DNA from: Orbicella franksi
Lineage: Eukaryota
Reading direction: 5' to 3'
Length of the DNA stretch: 64,000 bases
NCBI GenBank assembly: GCA_964199315.1
Contig: OZ116699.1
Coordinates: forward strand, 29,388,001 to 29,452,000
The notes beneath the pieces are model-generated. The model worked only from the letters and a program-made list of their open reading frames with translations. It was not told the origin of the DNA and ran no database searches. This document shows positions 12,659 to 23,700 of the stretch, one piece after another. Both the position numbers and the translations under genes were made by a program. Positions within the stretch are counted from its first letter, which is position 1. Every line of letters begins with the position of its first letter.

Positions 12659-12896
12659 TACATTAACTAATCAGAATCACTGTCATTGTAAATAACAGCT
12701 CTCCTCCTGGAGAAGCCTGCTGTCGTTGCATTTTCTCTTTCTGCAAACAACTGCTGGTTTTCTGATGCATGCAGGAACCCCATCATTTTGAGGCAAAGCC
12801 CAGGCTATAAAAAGCCTGGACTCTGGCAACATGTGGCCTCAGGTCTTCCGCAAACGCTGCGATCTGATGGGCTAGCCTACTCACTGTCTATTTAAC

Positions 12897-12995
12897 ATTT
12901 AGATTATGAGCTCGAGATTTCTATCGCGTGATAGCTGATGAGGGCGCCGCCTGAATCACCTATCTCGCATAGAAATCGAGAGCTCATAATCTAAT
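12897..12995. repeat. Palindromic interspersed repeat
   Basis: TAGATTATGAGCTC (12900-12913) / GAGCTCATAATCTA (12980-12993), plus an inner ATTTCTAT/ATAGAAAT pair. Confidence 0.6.
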
Positions 12996-13267
12996 TATTT
13001 TGGTATAAATCTCGCTTCATATTCCTCTTAAATGAACATTTTACATAATTCATTGTTATTTTGAAGTGTAAAACTGCGCCTGCCAATCACGTTTTCGCTA
13101 CTCACTGTCCATCAGGAAATAGACAATGAACAGCGTAGCCAATCATATTCCATATGATAGTGTGCTAGTAGACTTATACTAATATGTGATAGACAGTGAC
13201 GCAACGCAACATGTCTATAAGCTCGATATGATTTCTTTATAATTACGGTGTTGTTCCTTTTTTGAAG

Positions 13268-13560
13268 GTCGACGTCTTTATCCAACAAAGGAGACAGTTT
13301 TTCTCGTTACAGATGGTCAATCGAATGTCCAGCCCCACCTGACCATACCCAAAGCCAACGAACTGAAGAGGATGGGTGTGGATATTTACGTGATCGCTGT
13401 TGTTCGTTACTTTGATGGAATGGAAGAAATAAAGAATATTTTTTCCCGTACACTAGGCACGTACTTTTATAGGGCCTCTGATATGTGGGAGATGATTAAT
13501 CTGGTATTAAAGGAAATCGTTCCTGGTACTGGAGCCAATGTACACGATCCCTCGTGCTGA
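13268..13560 (+). pseudogene. Orphan terminal exon of a VWA-domain gene
   Basis: AG|GT CGA...: GRRLYPTKETVFLVTDGQSNVQPHLTIPKANELKRMGVDIYVIAVVRYFDGMEEIK...DPSC*. Homologous to 16631-16944. Its matching upstream exon lies on the opposite strand at 10776-10941. Confidence 0.7.
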
Positions 13561-14559
13561 ATTTAAAATGTGAGAACAGCAAACTGAGGAATTTTAGTCT
13601 TATTTTTTGGAAGGTTAAAAGATTAAACCTAATGCTATCGATGCCTTTGTTAGTTCAATAGAGAAACTAATCTGTAGATTATAGTTGGAGCTGTGCTCAT
13701 TTTATCCTTGTTTGAAGTCGTTTGGTTTTACATAAACCAACCGTGTAAAAGATGAAGAATAGTCAGTGTGTACCTGTTGCACTGAGACGTAATTGTAATA
13801 CGGTTTAGTGATAAACGTTTGAAGATTTCCATCAGGTTATTATGAAAATATTTTTGTAATGTATAATACCTGATTTGTATACTTTAGGCCATTTTATTAC
13901 GATATTTTATCCGTGAAGAAAATAAATAACGTTCCTAGAAAAATTATGCTTGTATTTTGTGTTTTATACCATGCCAGTTTATTTGATAGTTCATTCTTAA
14001 AAATTGAAGTGTAATTATCGGGGTTACGTTTTTTTGTTCCTAGAATTTTATCAAGAGAATCAAAATATCTGATTTGTATACCTTTGACTATTTTATGACG
14101 TTATTTTCTTCGTATAGAAAATAAATAAAATTTCTGTTAAAACTATGCTTATACTTTATGTCATGTTTATACCACTAAAATGGAAGTCTAATTATCGGGA
14201 TTAAGTATTTTTTTATTTCTGGACTCTTCCTTCAGACCCACTACATAAGCCTTATTTCATTTTAGGATCTACGAAACTGGCCTTTTACTCGCACATTTCC
14301 CCGTCATTAACATACCTGACAACTACCCCTGCGGCAAAATTGTCACTGACAAATTTCAAACAATCCCAAGCCTGAAAACGTTAAATGAAATATGTTCTTC
14401 CGTTATTGATTGGCATAACCTCCCGGAAATCGCAAATGAAAAATGAATTTATCTGTCCAAACTGCAACCAAACGACCCACCCACCCAATTGCTTAGTTTT
14501 AAACGGATTGCCGATGTCGTCAAGATTTCACTTAGCAAAGGTTGATTTTCCTTAACTGC

Positions 14560-14850
14560 CATCGTCTCATCAGATTTTGATATGAAGATTTATATCAGGC
14601 ACAGACACTCGATACGCTGTTTCTCTATAGAAAGGAGAAATTTTTGGCTATTTCTGTTCATAATTGTAGAGCGGACATTTTTATCTAAATAACCTCAAGA
14701 CGTTTTGCCTACAAGTTAGTACAATCTATCGCCTAATCCTCGTTCGGACTGGTGGATTTTATCCTGAAATGTGCTTTCGAAGGGTACGCTCTGGAAATTC
14801 TTCGCCCCCGCCTTTCATTAAGCCTCTACTCAGTCCTTCATAGAGGCGGG
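14560..14850. repeat. Local dispersed repeat, copy 1 of 3
   Basis: Shares ATCGCCTAATCCTC...GGATTTTATC(C/T)TGAAAT and CTCTGG(A/G)AATTCTT with 18045-18175 and 18470-18730. Contains a GCCTCTA..TAGAGGC hairpin. Confidence 0.75.
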
Positions 14851-15154
14851 ATGAGATACGCGAGAGAAAGAAACAACAGTTTATGGTGATTGCTTATTTT
14901 TAGTGATACCCTGTTATTATGCCAAAACATGCCCTCGAGATCCGTGCAATCGACAAATAATTTACTTTGGCACGTGATCAGTCTCTTTGCTTGGAAGGTT
15001 GTTTTCGCTGAACATTACATCCCTAGGCTGAAACATGTAAATTTCCTCTTATTAAATCAGCCTTTTGATTAACGATATACCTTGCTTATGTTTGAATGGG
15101 TCAAAATAGATTTTAAAAAATATAAACTGTATAGTCACGCACTAATGAGATAAC

Positions 15155-15774
15155 TTAATGAAGCACGTACAAGGAGATTGAAAACTTTTTCTGAAGGTCG
15201 TTAACTGTCCCTTTAGCTGTTGAGCCGTTACCTTCAATCATAAAGCCGCCTTCTTGAATTATTTGGCGAGAGAGAGGATTAAACGTAGTCCTCCCTAAAG
15301 GTGTTCTCCCAAGTTTCCTCCTGCCAAATGAATCCATGTTGACGGCTTTACGGTCGAACGTGACAACCCAACGATCTGAGCGTAAAGAATAGAAGGAACG
15401 CGGTTTACAGTCTAACTTTCCTGTCGAGATAAAGCGAATTCGAAAATAGATAAACACAATGCAAGTTCAGCCATATTCAAAATACTTTTCTCGTTATCAA
15501 GCTGACAAGCCGGTGAGACGTATGGATTACCGTGTGGCATAAAATCTTCGCGGGAGCTAATTTTCCCGGATTTTCCAACGATTCGCAAGGGATTTTCCTC
15601 AGGGAGGCCCATATGTCCCCGCGCTGCTTCAATTTTATAGTGAAGATGAACAACTTTGATCTAAATGCGAAGTGTTTGTTACCGAACACCTTTCGGGGTT
15701 ATTTGGAAATCCTCCAATTGCTGATAAGCCTCTGCTTGTGGCTTGTAAAGAGTAATTGTAACGAAATTGTCCAT
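15155..15774 (-). CDS. Tentative two-exon ~116 aa hypothetical protein
   Basis: Exons 15690-15774 and 15155-15420 join in phase 1. The acceptor is good (TCTCGACAG), the donor is weak (G|GTGTTC), and TATATATAA lies just upstream of the ATG. Confidence 0.25.
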
Positions 15775-16630
15775 TTGAAGTCAGTTATATATAGCCTCTC
15801 TTGCATCCCTCTGCCTAAACAAAAACCATGATATCTATAGCCTTTATTCGCAAGAAAAATATGAAGTTCGGTTTTTATAAATTTTGCTTTTTTTAAAAAT
15901 CAATGTTTGACGTATATCAAAGATTTTCTCGAAACCTAACACGACAAGAATTTTTCGCTTGATTCGGCGTGGATTGTTTACGTTAATACAATCGTTTGTA
16001 AAATAATAAAAAATCGGAAAATATTCCGCTGCAAGAAAGAATAGGATTAGTTTAAGTTATCCGTTGAAAATGAGAAACCCTGTATCGCGAGATTTCTAGT
16101 GCTTCAAAGGCACGTCAACATTCCTAGTTAAAAAAGAAAAAAAGCGTAGAGTTATAAATCCCTTAAGTTTTCATTTTGTTTTCACCAAGAGTACAGCCAT
16201 TATTATTACATCGCGATCACCCACAATAGTCCAGTTTCGAGTTCGCCATGACCGCTGATTAAAAGCACTGTGAACGCATTTGCACAGGGTTAGCCTCGAC
16301 CTCAAGTAAAATATTCACAAATTCCAGCGAGAAGATGACCTCTTTACAGCTCTGTGTATTGTTTAATTTTCAAATTTGTGCCACCTTCCCGCCGGTATTT
16401 GTGAATATTTTTTTTAGGTCGAGGCTAACCCTGCGCAAGTACGTTCTCAGTGCTTTTATTCGGCAGCCATGGCGAATTCGAAACTGGACAATTAAGCCTT
16501 CGCTTCTAACAAATATACCGTCACCTTTAAATGTTTTCACCTTAAGTTTTACGCTTTTATGTAAACCAGAGCATACAAAGTTCTGCTCATCGAAGCCCCA
16601 TTGTACCAATGGCTGTGATATTTCTCGCCT

Positions 16631-17440
16631 TTATCGGCACGGGGGATCGTATTGGCCATTAACAATGCGCCATTTACCAGGAGAGACCTGCTGTAAGATC
16701 AGCTTAATAATTTGCCAAAACCCGGAAAATGTTTTGACACGGAAAAGAAACTGATTCGGTGGATAGGAAGCCGCCCTCACTATCTCGTCTATTCCGCTTC
16801 TGAAGTCTCCAACAGCGACCACGTAAATATCCACACCGCTGTTCTTCAGTACGTTTGCTTTGGGTATGGTCAGGTGGCGTTGGACATTTGACTGACCACC
16901 TGTGACAAGAAAGACCACCTTCCTCGTTGGAGAAGCACGTCGACTTTAGAAACAAAAATGGAACAACACTATTAAACAATCACCCACGCTGAATTCTCCT
17001 AACATCCTGCGTCTTTTATTATGGCGGTAAACGAGAGGAAAGTGCGGTCAATTGCTTGATTAAATCACTCTGAAACAATTGAATTTGAAATCCCTTTCAT
17101 GATCTGAGCTTAGGAAGTTTGCAAATGTACCTGATATAGGGTCGTCAAACAGCCTCTTGGCTTCTGCCAGTCCAGCTTGAGTGTTTGTCATGCCACTTGG
17201 ATAGGGAATCTTCAGTATCTTACTGGCCGCTGAAGAGTACGGCAAAAACTTGAAGTTGACTCTGGCTGATGAGGCAAAGGTAACCGCTACATACTTAGGG
17301 TCAACATTTTGATGATACTCGTCCGTTATTCCAAACATGTAATGACTGAAGCGCCTTCTTTCCTTTCTAGAATTCGCAGAAACGCACCGACCCTGAGCCG
17401 TCCATGACAACCACAATGTCATGAATCTGTTTCAGCTGTT
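16631..17440 (-). pseudogene. Single VWA-domain protein pseudogene (matrilin/collagen VI-like vWA fold)
   Basis: HDIVVVMDGSGSV (MIDAS DxSxS), MTNT and VFLVTGGQSN. Lesions: a TAG after CEF, a frameshift before YMFG, the MIDAS Asp read as Gly, and an acceptor missing one G relative to the 13268 paralog. Two exons, ~17131-17440 and 16631-16944. Confidence 0.8.
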
Positions 17441-18044
17441 AGTTATAGCTGTCAGACAATGAATGCAATGAACAGCGATAAAATAGGAAATGAGGACAAG
17501 TTGTTCAAAATTGATGTACAAACTTTGAAACTATATGTGTGACAATGTCCAATTGGCACGGCCATGTAAGGTTATCTGGAATCCGGATGCTTGGGCTTTG
17601 GAGTCCAGAATCCATCTCATGAAATCTGAAATAAAAAAAGTTGATCGTGGCTGCTTGAATCCAGTATGTAATATAGGAACCATTAATTGCCCTGAGGTTT
17701 CTGTTGAGAGAGACAGGCTTATCATAGCTCTTTTATTTGGTCGAAATTTAGCTGTTTCATAGTATAATGATTGAGTCTGACATTTCAAGGGTTAATTTTC
17801 CATTAAATCACATTTTGCAAATACGCTTGATACTCTGTCACGAGGGAAACATTTTCCTATGTAATCCCCGTTTATTTTGTAGGGTCATTTTTGTTTGTTC
17901 TCTTTCATTTAACTTTTGACAGTTGCAGGATTATATAAGGTGCAGATGGTTGATGCGCTGTTACTGTTAAGAAAGAAAATATTCATATGATACTTCTGTT
18001 TGTATTATGGAGCCGACTTGTCGGTCTAACTGAATTAAACTTGT

Positions 18045-18730
18045 TGTTTATCGCCTAATCCTCCTTTGGACTATTGGATTTTATCCTGAAATCTGCCTTT
18101 GAGGAATTCTCTCTGGGAATTCTTAGCCCTCACCTTTCATGAAGCCTCTACTCAGTCCTGCATAGAGGCGGGATACCGGTAATTTGGCGATTGTCCATAC
18201 ACTGACTCAGCCAATTCCTGCTTTAAGCCGAAAGCAACAAGAATTGAGTCATAGAATGCATAAAACTGCTTTTTTATCTTTACTGGAAACGGAACTCGTG
18301 TTCTGCGAACGGCGATCACTGACATCTCGCGAAGCTTGTTAATTCACTGACCTCTCCTTGCATGTTCAGAGGAATCTAACATTTATTTTACCGATTTATT
18401 TGCAGCTTGTCAAAATGTTTAACGTTCTCCTATTCAGGATGTAAATAAGCTCAAGGATCGATGCGGGTTAAATGCCATTGTATCATCAGATATTGATATT
18501 AAGATTACATTAGGCACAGATGCTCGATACGCTTTTATTGTAAAGAAAGGAAAAAATTTTCATATATTACTTGTATTCATATTGTAGAGCGGACTTTTTT
18601 GTCTAATCAAACTTATCAAGAAGTTGTGTCTACAAATTATGTGAACATCATCTATCGCCTAATCCTCGTTTGAACTGGTGGATTTTATCTTGAAATGTGC
18701 TTTCGAAGGGTTCGCTCTGGAAATTCTTAG
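18045..18730. repeat. Local dispersed repeat, copies 2 and 3
   Basis: 18045-18175 and 18470-18730 align with 14560-14850. Copy 3 is cut by the LINE tail at ~18730-18747. Confidence 0.7.
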
Positions 18731-18746
18731 GTCTGAATAAATAAAG

Positions 18747-19330
18747 GAATGAATGAATGAATGAAGAAACTTTATCAGAACGTGTCAATAGAGTATCTAG
18801 CAGAGGGAGAAACCCTCAACTAATAGGGGACACCTAACCAAGCATAAAAATGTATAAAAAAAGACCCGATCAAATCTGTGTAAAGCTAACTAAGGGTCTA
18901 ACTGTACATGTATAAAAAATTAACATATACATATCTATATAAAATATACTGACAATAACGAAAGATCGAGGACCAATGTAAAACAGTATTAGGAACAGGA
19001 AAACTAGGAATTGCATAGTTAGCAACCTGTACAGCCATCTTTTAAGAGGCTAGATAAGTCACGTTTTCTTATTTGTGATTTAAAAGTGCACTGTATTAAG
19101 ATTGCTTTCGAGTCTTTCCTTTCTAGGTAAGTTATGCCACAGTTTGGAGCTAAGGTATCTTAACGAATGTTTGCCATAGGTTGTAGAGTTAAATCTAGAT
19201 AGCATAAAGTCAGTTTGTCTCAGCTGATAAGTGTGTTTAGTGGGCTGAAATAGATTACAAATTAGTGTGGGACATCATTAGAATACATATATCTTGGAGC
19301 CGTCTGCTGCACAAAAATGCTAACAAACTG
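18747..19330 (-). mobile_element. 5'-truncated LINE (L2/CR1-type) 3' end
   Basis: Decayed ORF2 C-terminus KHTYQLRQTDFMLSRFNSTTYGKHSLRYLSSKLWHNLP...FKSQIRKRDLSSLLKDGCTGC*LCNS* (stop at 19004), a 3' UTR and a (TTCA)n tail at 18747-18765. Confidence 0.7.
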
Positions 19331-21423
19331 CTTTGGTCCCTTGTGCTTTTTATAGTACTTTATTGCGATAATTAACATGAGAGGGGAGGTACTTATCGAT
19401 TCAGGAAAAAAATTATGTTGACTGACAGGAAGACGTTTAAAGTTAACTTAAACTGAAAACCAGATGACCCTTGAAGGCTTACAAATATATTCTATTCTCA
19501 ACGGTCTTCTTGTTTGTGTAACTCTATTTTGTTGTGTTACGGAAAGTTTATGCACAAGCCCACTAGCTATACTACAGTTGGACTCCGAAAACTCTCAAGG
19601 GAGACGAAAAATAGGTGGAAATTGCGAGATTTTGAAACAACGGGGAGTTAACCGCGTTGGAAATGGCGGGGTTGAACTGTATATTTAACTGAAAGAAAAA
19701 AAAAAAAAACAGCTGTGCACAGATTATGGCCTGGGAGACGTTCAGGCTAAATTAAAGTCGTCATTCACTCCAGAAAGTTTCCACGGAAATGGATAAAGAA
19801 GGCAAAGGTGCAAAGGCAGTTGTTAAAATTTGTATCACGAAATTTGGATTGGACGAGATCTTATCATGCGAGTTAGCCTGCGTAGCTGTCGTTTCCTTCT
19901 TCAGCGCGCGGAAGAGGTGAACGAAAAGATTGTTGTGTGCTACGCAAGCTTTTCGTTCACCTCTCGCACTCTTGGGAAGGAATCGACTGACTTTCGGTCA
20001 GAAGACCTCGAGCGTACAAGACTGTTGTGCTGTCTAGACACAACACAACCATAAGTTAATAAACTTCCGTTGTTTTTCAGGTATTTTTTTTTATAAAAAA
20101 AGGACAAGGACACTTTTGTTTGGCTAAAAACGGGGAAGAGGGTGACCAAGTGTTCAATTAATGTTTCAGCTCCACGAATGCTTGGAGAGCCAAGAAAACA
20201 AACCCTAAGCCAAGGGGATCCACAATATGCGATGAAGAAGAGGGAGGTGGACCTTTTCTGGGACCACTGAGAGCATTCATGGGTAAAGAGGGGGCAACTT
20301 GTCTTCCTCTCTGATTGAGTGGGCCTCCGGTAATCTAAAGTGATTGGATGGCGCTGGGCCTCTGAAAAGTGTGACGTGAGCAGTACTTCAACCACGTTCC
20401 CGTGTTTATTTGTCCATCTTAAAACTTTTTCCAAGAAAAAGGGTTAAGATACAAATCAAAGGTATAAATTGAGGATGAAAAATCTAGAACATCCATGACA
20501 TTATTAGCAAAGTAATCAACCTCTCTATATTAATTTAAATACAGACGTAAGTAAAACTTAATAATTGTAAATTACTTAGTTTCAGAAAGATTTCCATAGT
20601 TCATGCAAACAATTAACACATCTAACTAACTCAAGTTGGCACTTACACCTTTATCTCCTTAAAACTTCGAATGATTATTAAAGCAATCAAATTCTAAAGC
20701 ACAAACAAACCTTAGTATAGTACTTAGTTTCTCTAAGATTTGTAATGTCGATTCAAACAATTTTAATTAGTAAAAACATCTAAACCAACGCAAGTGTGCT
20801 ATGTAATCTTCTTTAAAAAGCTTTGAATGTTCATTGAAGCAAATTTAATTCAAATGTACGGGAAGAAATTTCCATGTAGTACTTAGTTTCTCTAGGATTT
20901 CTATCGTTTATTCAAACAATTTACATATCTGCTAAAACTAACTTTTTGCTAAATATTACGAAGTGCTACGTGTAAATGTTCATCCTAAGTGTATTGTTTC
21001 ATTCTCAATGTCTTAACCAGAGCTGTTTCTTAGCATACGCTTTGGGAGGCGGAAAGGGAACAGAACATATTCCAGACTAAAATGACGCACTGTTGTTTAT
21101 CTCGTGCGAGCAAATGTAGCAAGCAAGTATCGAGGTGGCAAAGTTCATTTTATTACAGTGAAGAACGCTGTAACGTTGCCACTTGACAAAGTTTTGAATG
21201 CTTTTTGATAACTTTTTGGCCGAGATGTTGCTTTTGACAACCTTCTGACGGCTCGCTTTTGTTTCAAATGACAAATCAAAATGCAACAACTATGAGAGGT
21301 GGAGTTATCATCTAACAATTCCTGCCTCTCCAACATCTCTGCCTCCCTACATTCTACAGATTCTACAGGCGATCAAGACCTTTGTCAAGTGCCAATCTTC
21401 TGGTGATCGTCTCTGTAAGCGCT

Positions 21424-22595
21424 TTATAAGGCCGTTGTCGCAAAATCATGTGAAGTTATGTCACTTCTGGCTTCTTCCACGGAGTGGAAAATGTCCAGGT
21501 ATGCTTGATACGTCAACGGACGCATGCCATCTATGATCTTGTTATCTTCGCCACTTTCAATCGTGCGTGTGCGGACGTTTTGTTGTGGGACTCTACGGCA
21601 GTTACACAGGAGAAGATCTTTAAATCCTTTACGAAAGTCGACGTTAAATGTCACATAGATAGTGGGATTTATCATGCTGTTTGCATGACCCAATAAATAG
21701 CCAATGAAGGTGAGAATTGCCAGAGGACCGCAAAGAATGTTTTCACTGGCAAAGAAATAAATGACCTGGTTAATATACACGGGTAGCCAACACAGTGCAA
21801 AGATAATCATCACTATCGTCAGCATTTTGAGAACTTTCTTCTTGGACTTTTGAGCGCGGAGTTGGTTTTCAAGGGATGGATTTCCTGAAACTTTTCTTAT
21901 CCAAAGTTTGTGAACGACAAAACCATACAGTACCGCCATTGTCAAAAGTGGAACCAGGTAAAAAACGATGAACATAACAACGGTAAAATGTTTAGATGCC
22001 TCTTCCGTGAAAGACGGCGTCCAAATCTCCAAGCAGTACCATTTTCCCTTGAACATGATGACTTTCTGACCGTAAAGAATCGGAGAACTGACAGCGATGC
22101 CCACGATCCAAACAACTGCCATTATACCGTATGATATCTGAAAAGAAATGTATCGCTAAAGAGGGTACATAATTGCCAAAAACCGGTCGACGGCAATTGC
22201 TGTCAAAGTCAAAACTGAGCTTGCTATCGAGAGGGATTGGGTAAATGGGATGATCTTGCACAATATGTCAGAGAATACCCCCGTTTGACCAATCCATATG
22301 TCCTGTCACAAGCAGTTTAATGTTCACTGGCATGCCAAAGGCTGTAATCAAAAGACTGATCTGCCACGGCCATATTTACTATGAGATAATTTGTGACAGT
22401 TCGCATTTGCCTGTTTATATTAACGATACATATGACCAACACGTTACCGATTAGTGAACCGAACATGATGATGAAGTACGCAATAGTCTTGAAAACTTGC
22501 TCAGTCGGTGAATCGGGGTCATATGTGCACTGCGGTGATGCCGGAAGTAATGCAGAACTGGAATTGGTGAAGTTCTCAGCGGTGTTTGTAGTCAT
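21424..22595 (-). pseudogene. Class A neuropeptide-type GPCR pseudogene (copy 1)
   Basis: Colinear with the intact copy 2, but with a 4-bp insertion (22356-22359), an extra base in the C-run (22278-22282) and an in-frame TAG (22156-22158). Confidence 0.85.
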
Positions 22596-23402
22596 TTTCG
22601 GGGAGGAAAAGAAGGAAGAAGGAATTCTTAGATAGTTGTCATTCTTGTACTGTCTTTTGCTCAATATCTATTTTGGGGAAAAAACTGGTGTTTCCCTCAG
22701 GAAAGTGAAGTATTTTTTGCTTTTCTTGGTAATCTGGAAAAGAAATAAAAAACAGTTGCCTTTTGAATTACTTCACCTAGTTAAAAATTTAAAATTTACG
22801 CTATTCAGTCAGAAGCTAGGGCGAGGTTTTTAATGAAATGGAGACTAAAAAAAGTATTTAATTGTGAGGGACACCAAGTTGCCAAGGGACGCGGACGTCT
22901 CATTTAAATAAGCGTCAGCTTTAGATGCAGTCTCACAAGTGTTTCGTATATAACGCGCTGTGCTTTCGTTCAGGGGTTGCGCTTATTGAAGGGCGGTGCT
23001 TGATAGAGGATGACGATTTTTCTATAGTAAAAATGGTATTAGAACTTTCGCCACTCATACTGATCCCAAACAAATCGCATCGTAAATGTTTGTGTCTTTG
23101 CTATAAAGGAAGGGAAGTCACGTTTAAAGACTAAATGATATCACTCGAAATACGATTTGACTGCAGACCGTAGAGAGCTAGTTAAAGTTAGTAATCGACG
23201 AAATGTTTAGCTCTTTGCGTGTAATAATATTAAAGAACATATTGGCTTTAATTGTATGCTGTATGAACAGATGTTTTTATTGGACACTCAGCTCCAATTT
23301 CAATGCTACGCTGATGTAGCGCAAAGCAGTATAAAGTTTTGCCCGTACGTTGTGCTCTCCAAGAAGTATTGTCGTTTGCCGACTGAAAGTGCCATATATA
23401 CC

Positions 23403-23700
23403 TTTATTATATGGCCAGCTCCGTGAGCGGGCAAGATGAATCCAATCCTGCGCTGTGATGGAGCTATCTTGCCCCCTCGGGACTACTCGCCGTGTCCCGC
23501 AAGAAAAGTTTCCTCGAAAGCAATATAATAAATCCTTTATTGACCAAGCTTGTTCGGTCAAGACGGCTGGATATTGGACTCGTCCTTTTTTTTTGCGTGT
23601 TTATGAACCGAGACGGATTCGAGGTCCATAAACACGCAAAAAAACAAGATCTTGGACAATATCCAGCCATCTTGACCGAACAAGCTTGGTCAATAACCCA
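23403..23700. repeat. Interspersed repeat with a long hairpin, inserted in unit 1 only
   Basis: Absent at the homologous site in unit 2 (~29197-29210). 40-bp inverted arms at 23537-23576 / 23657-23696 (1 mismatch). The same family occurs at 40250-40410. Confidence 0.75.

Noticed and set aside
12670-12830. Minus-strand peptide ending RRAVIYNDSDSD* that looks like a transposon ORF end
   Set aside because: Short, contains a stop, and cannot be assigned to any family.
12933-12958. CTGATGA hammerhead-like core
   Set aside because: No correctly placed GAAA or stems I/III; it is the loop of a palindromic repeat.
14775-14825. SECIS-like ATGA..AA..GA on the minus strand
   Set aside because: Imperfect helix, the GA is lost in the second copy, and it is not in the 3'UTR of any UGA-containing gene on that strand.
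19940-20434. 164-aa minus-strand ORF
   Set aside because: Not open in the paralogous regions of units 2 and 3, and has no coding-like features.
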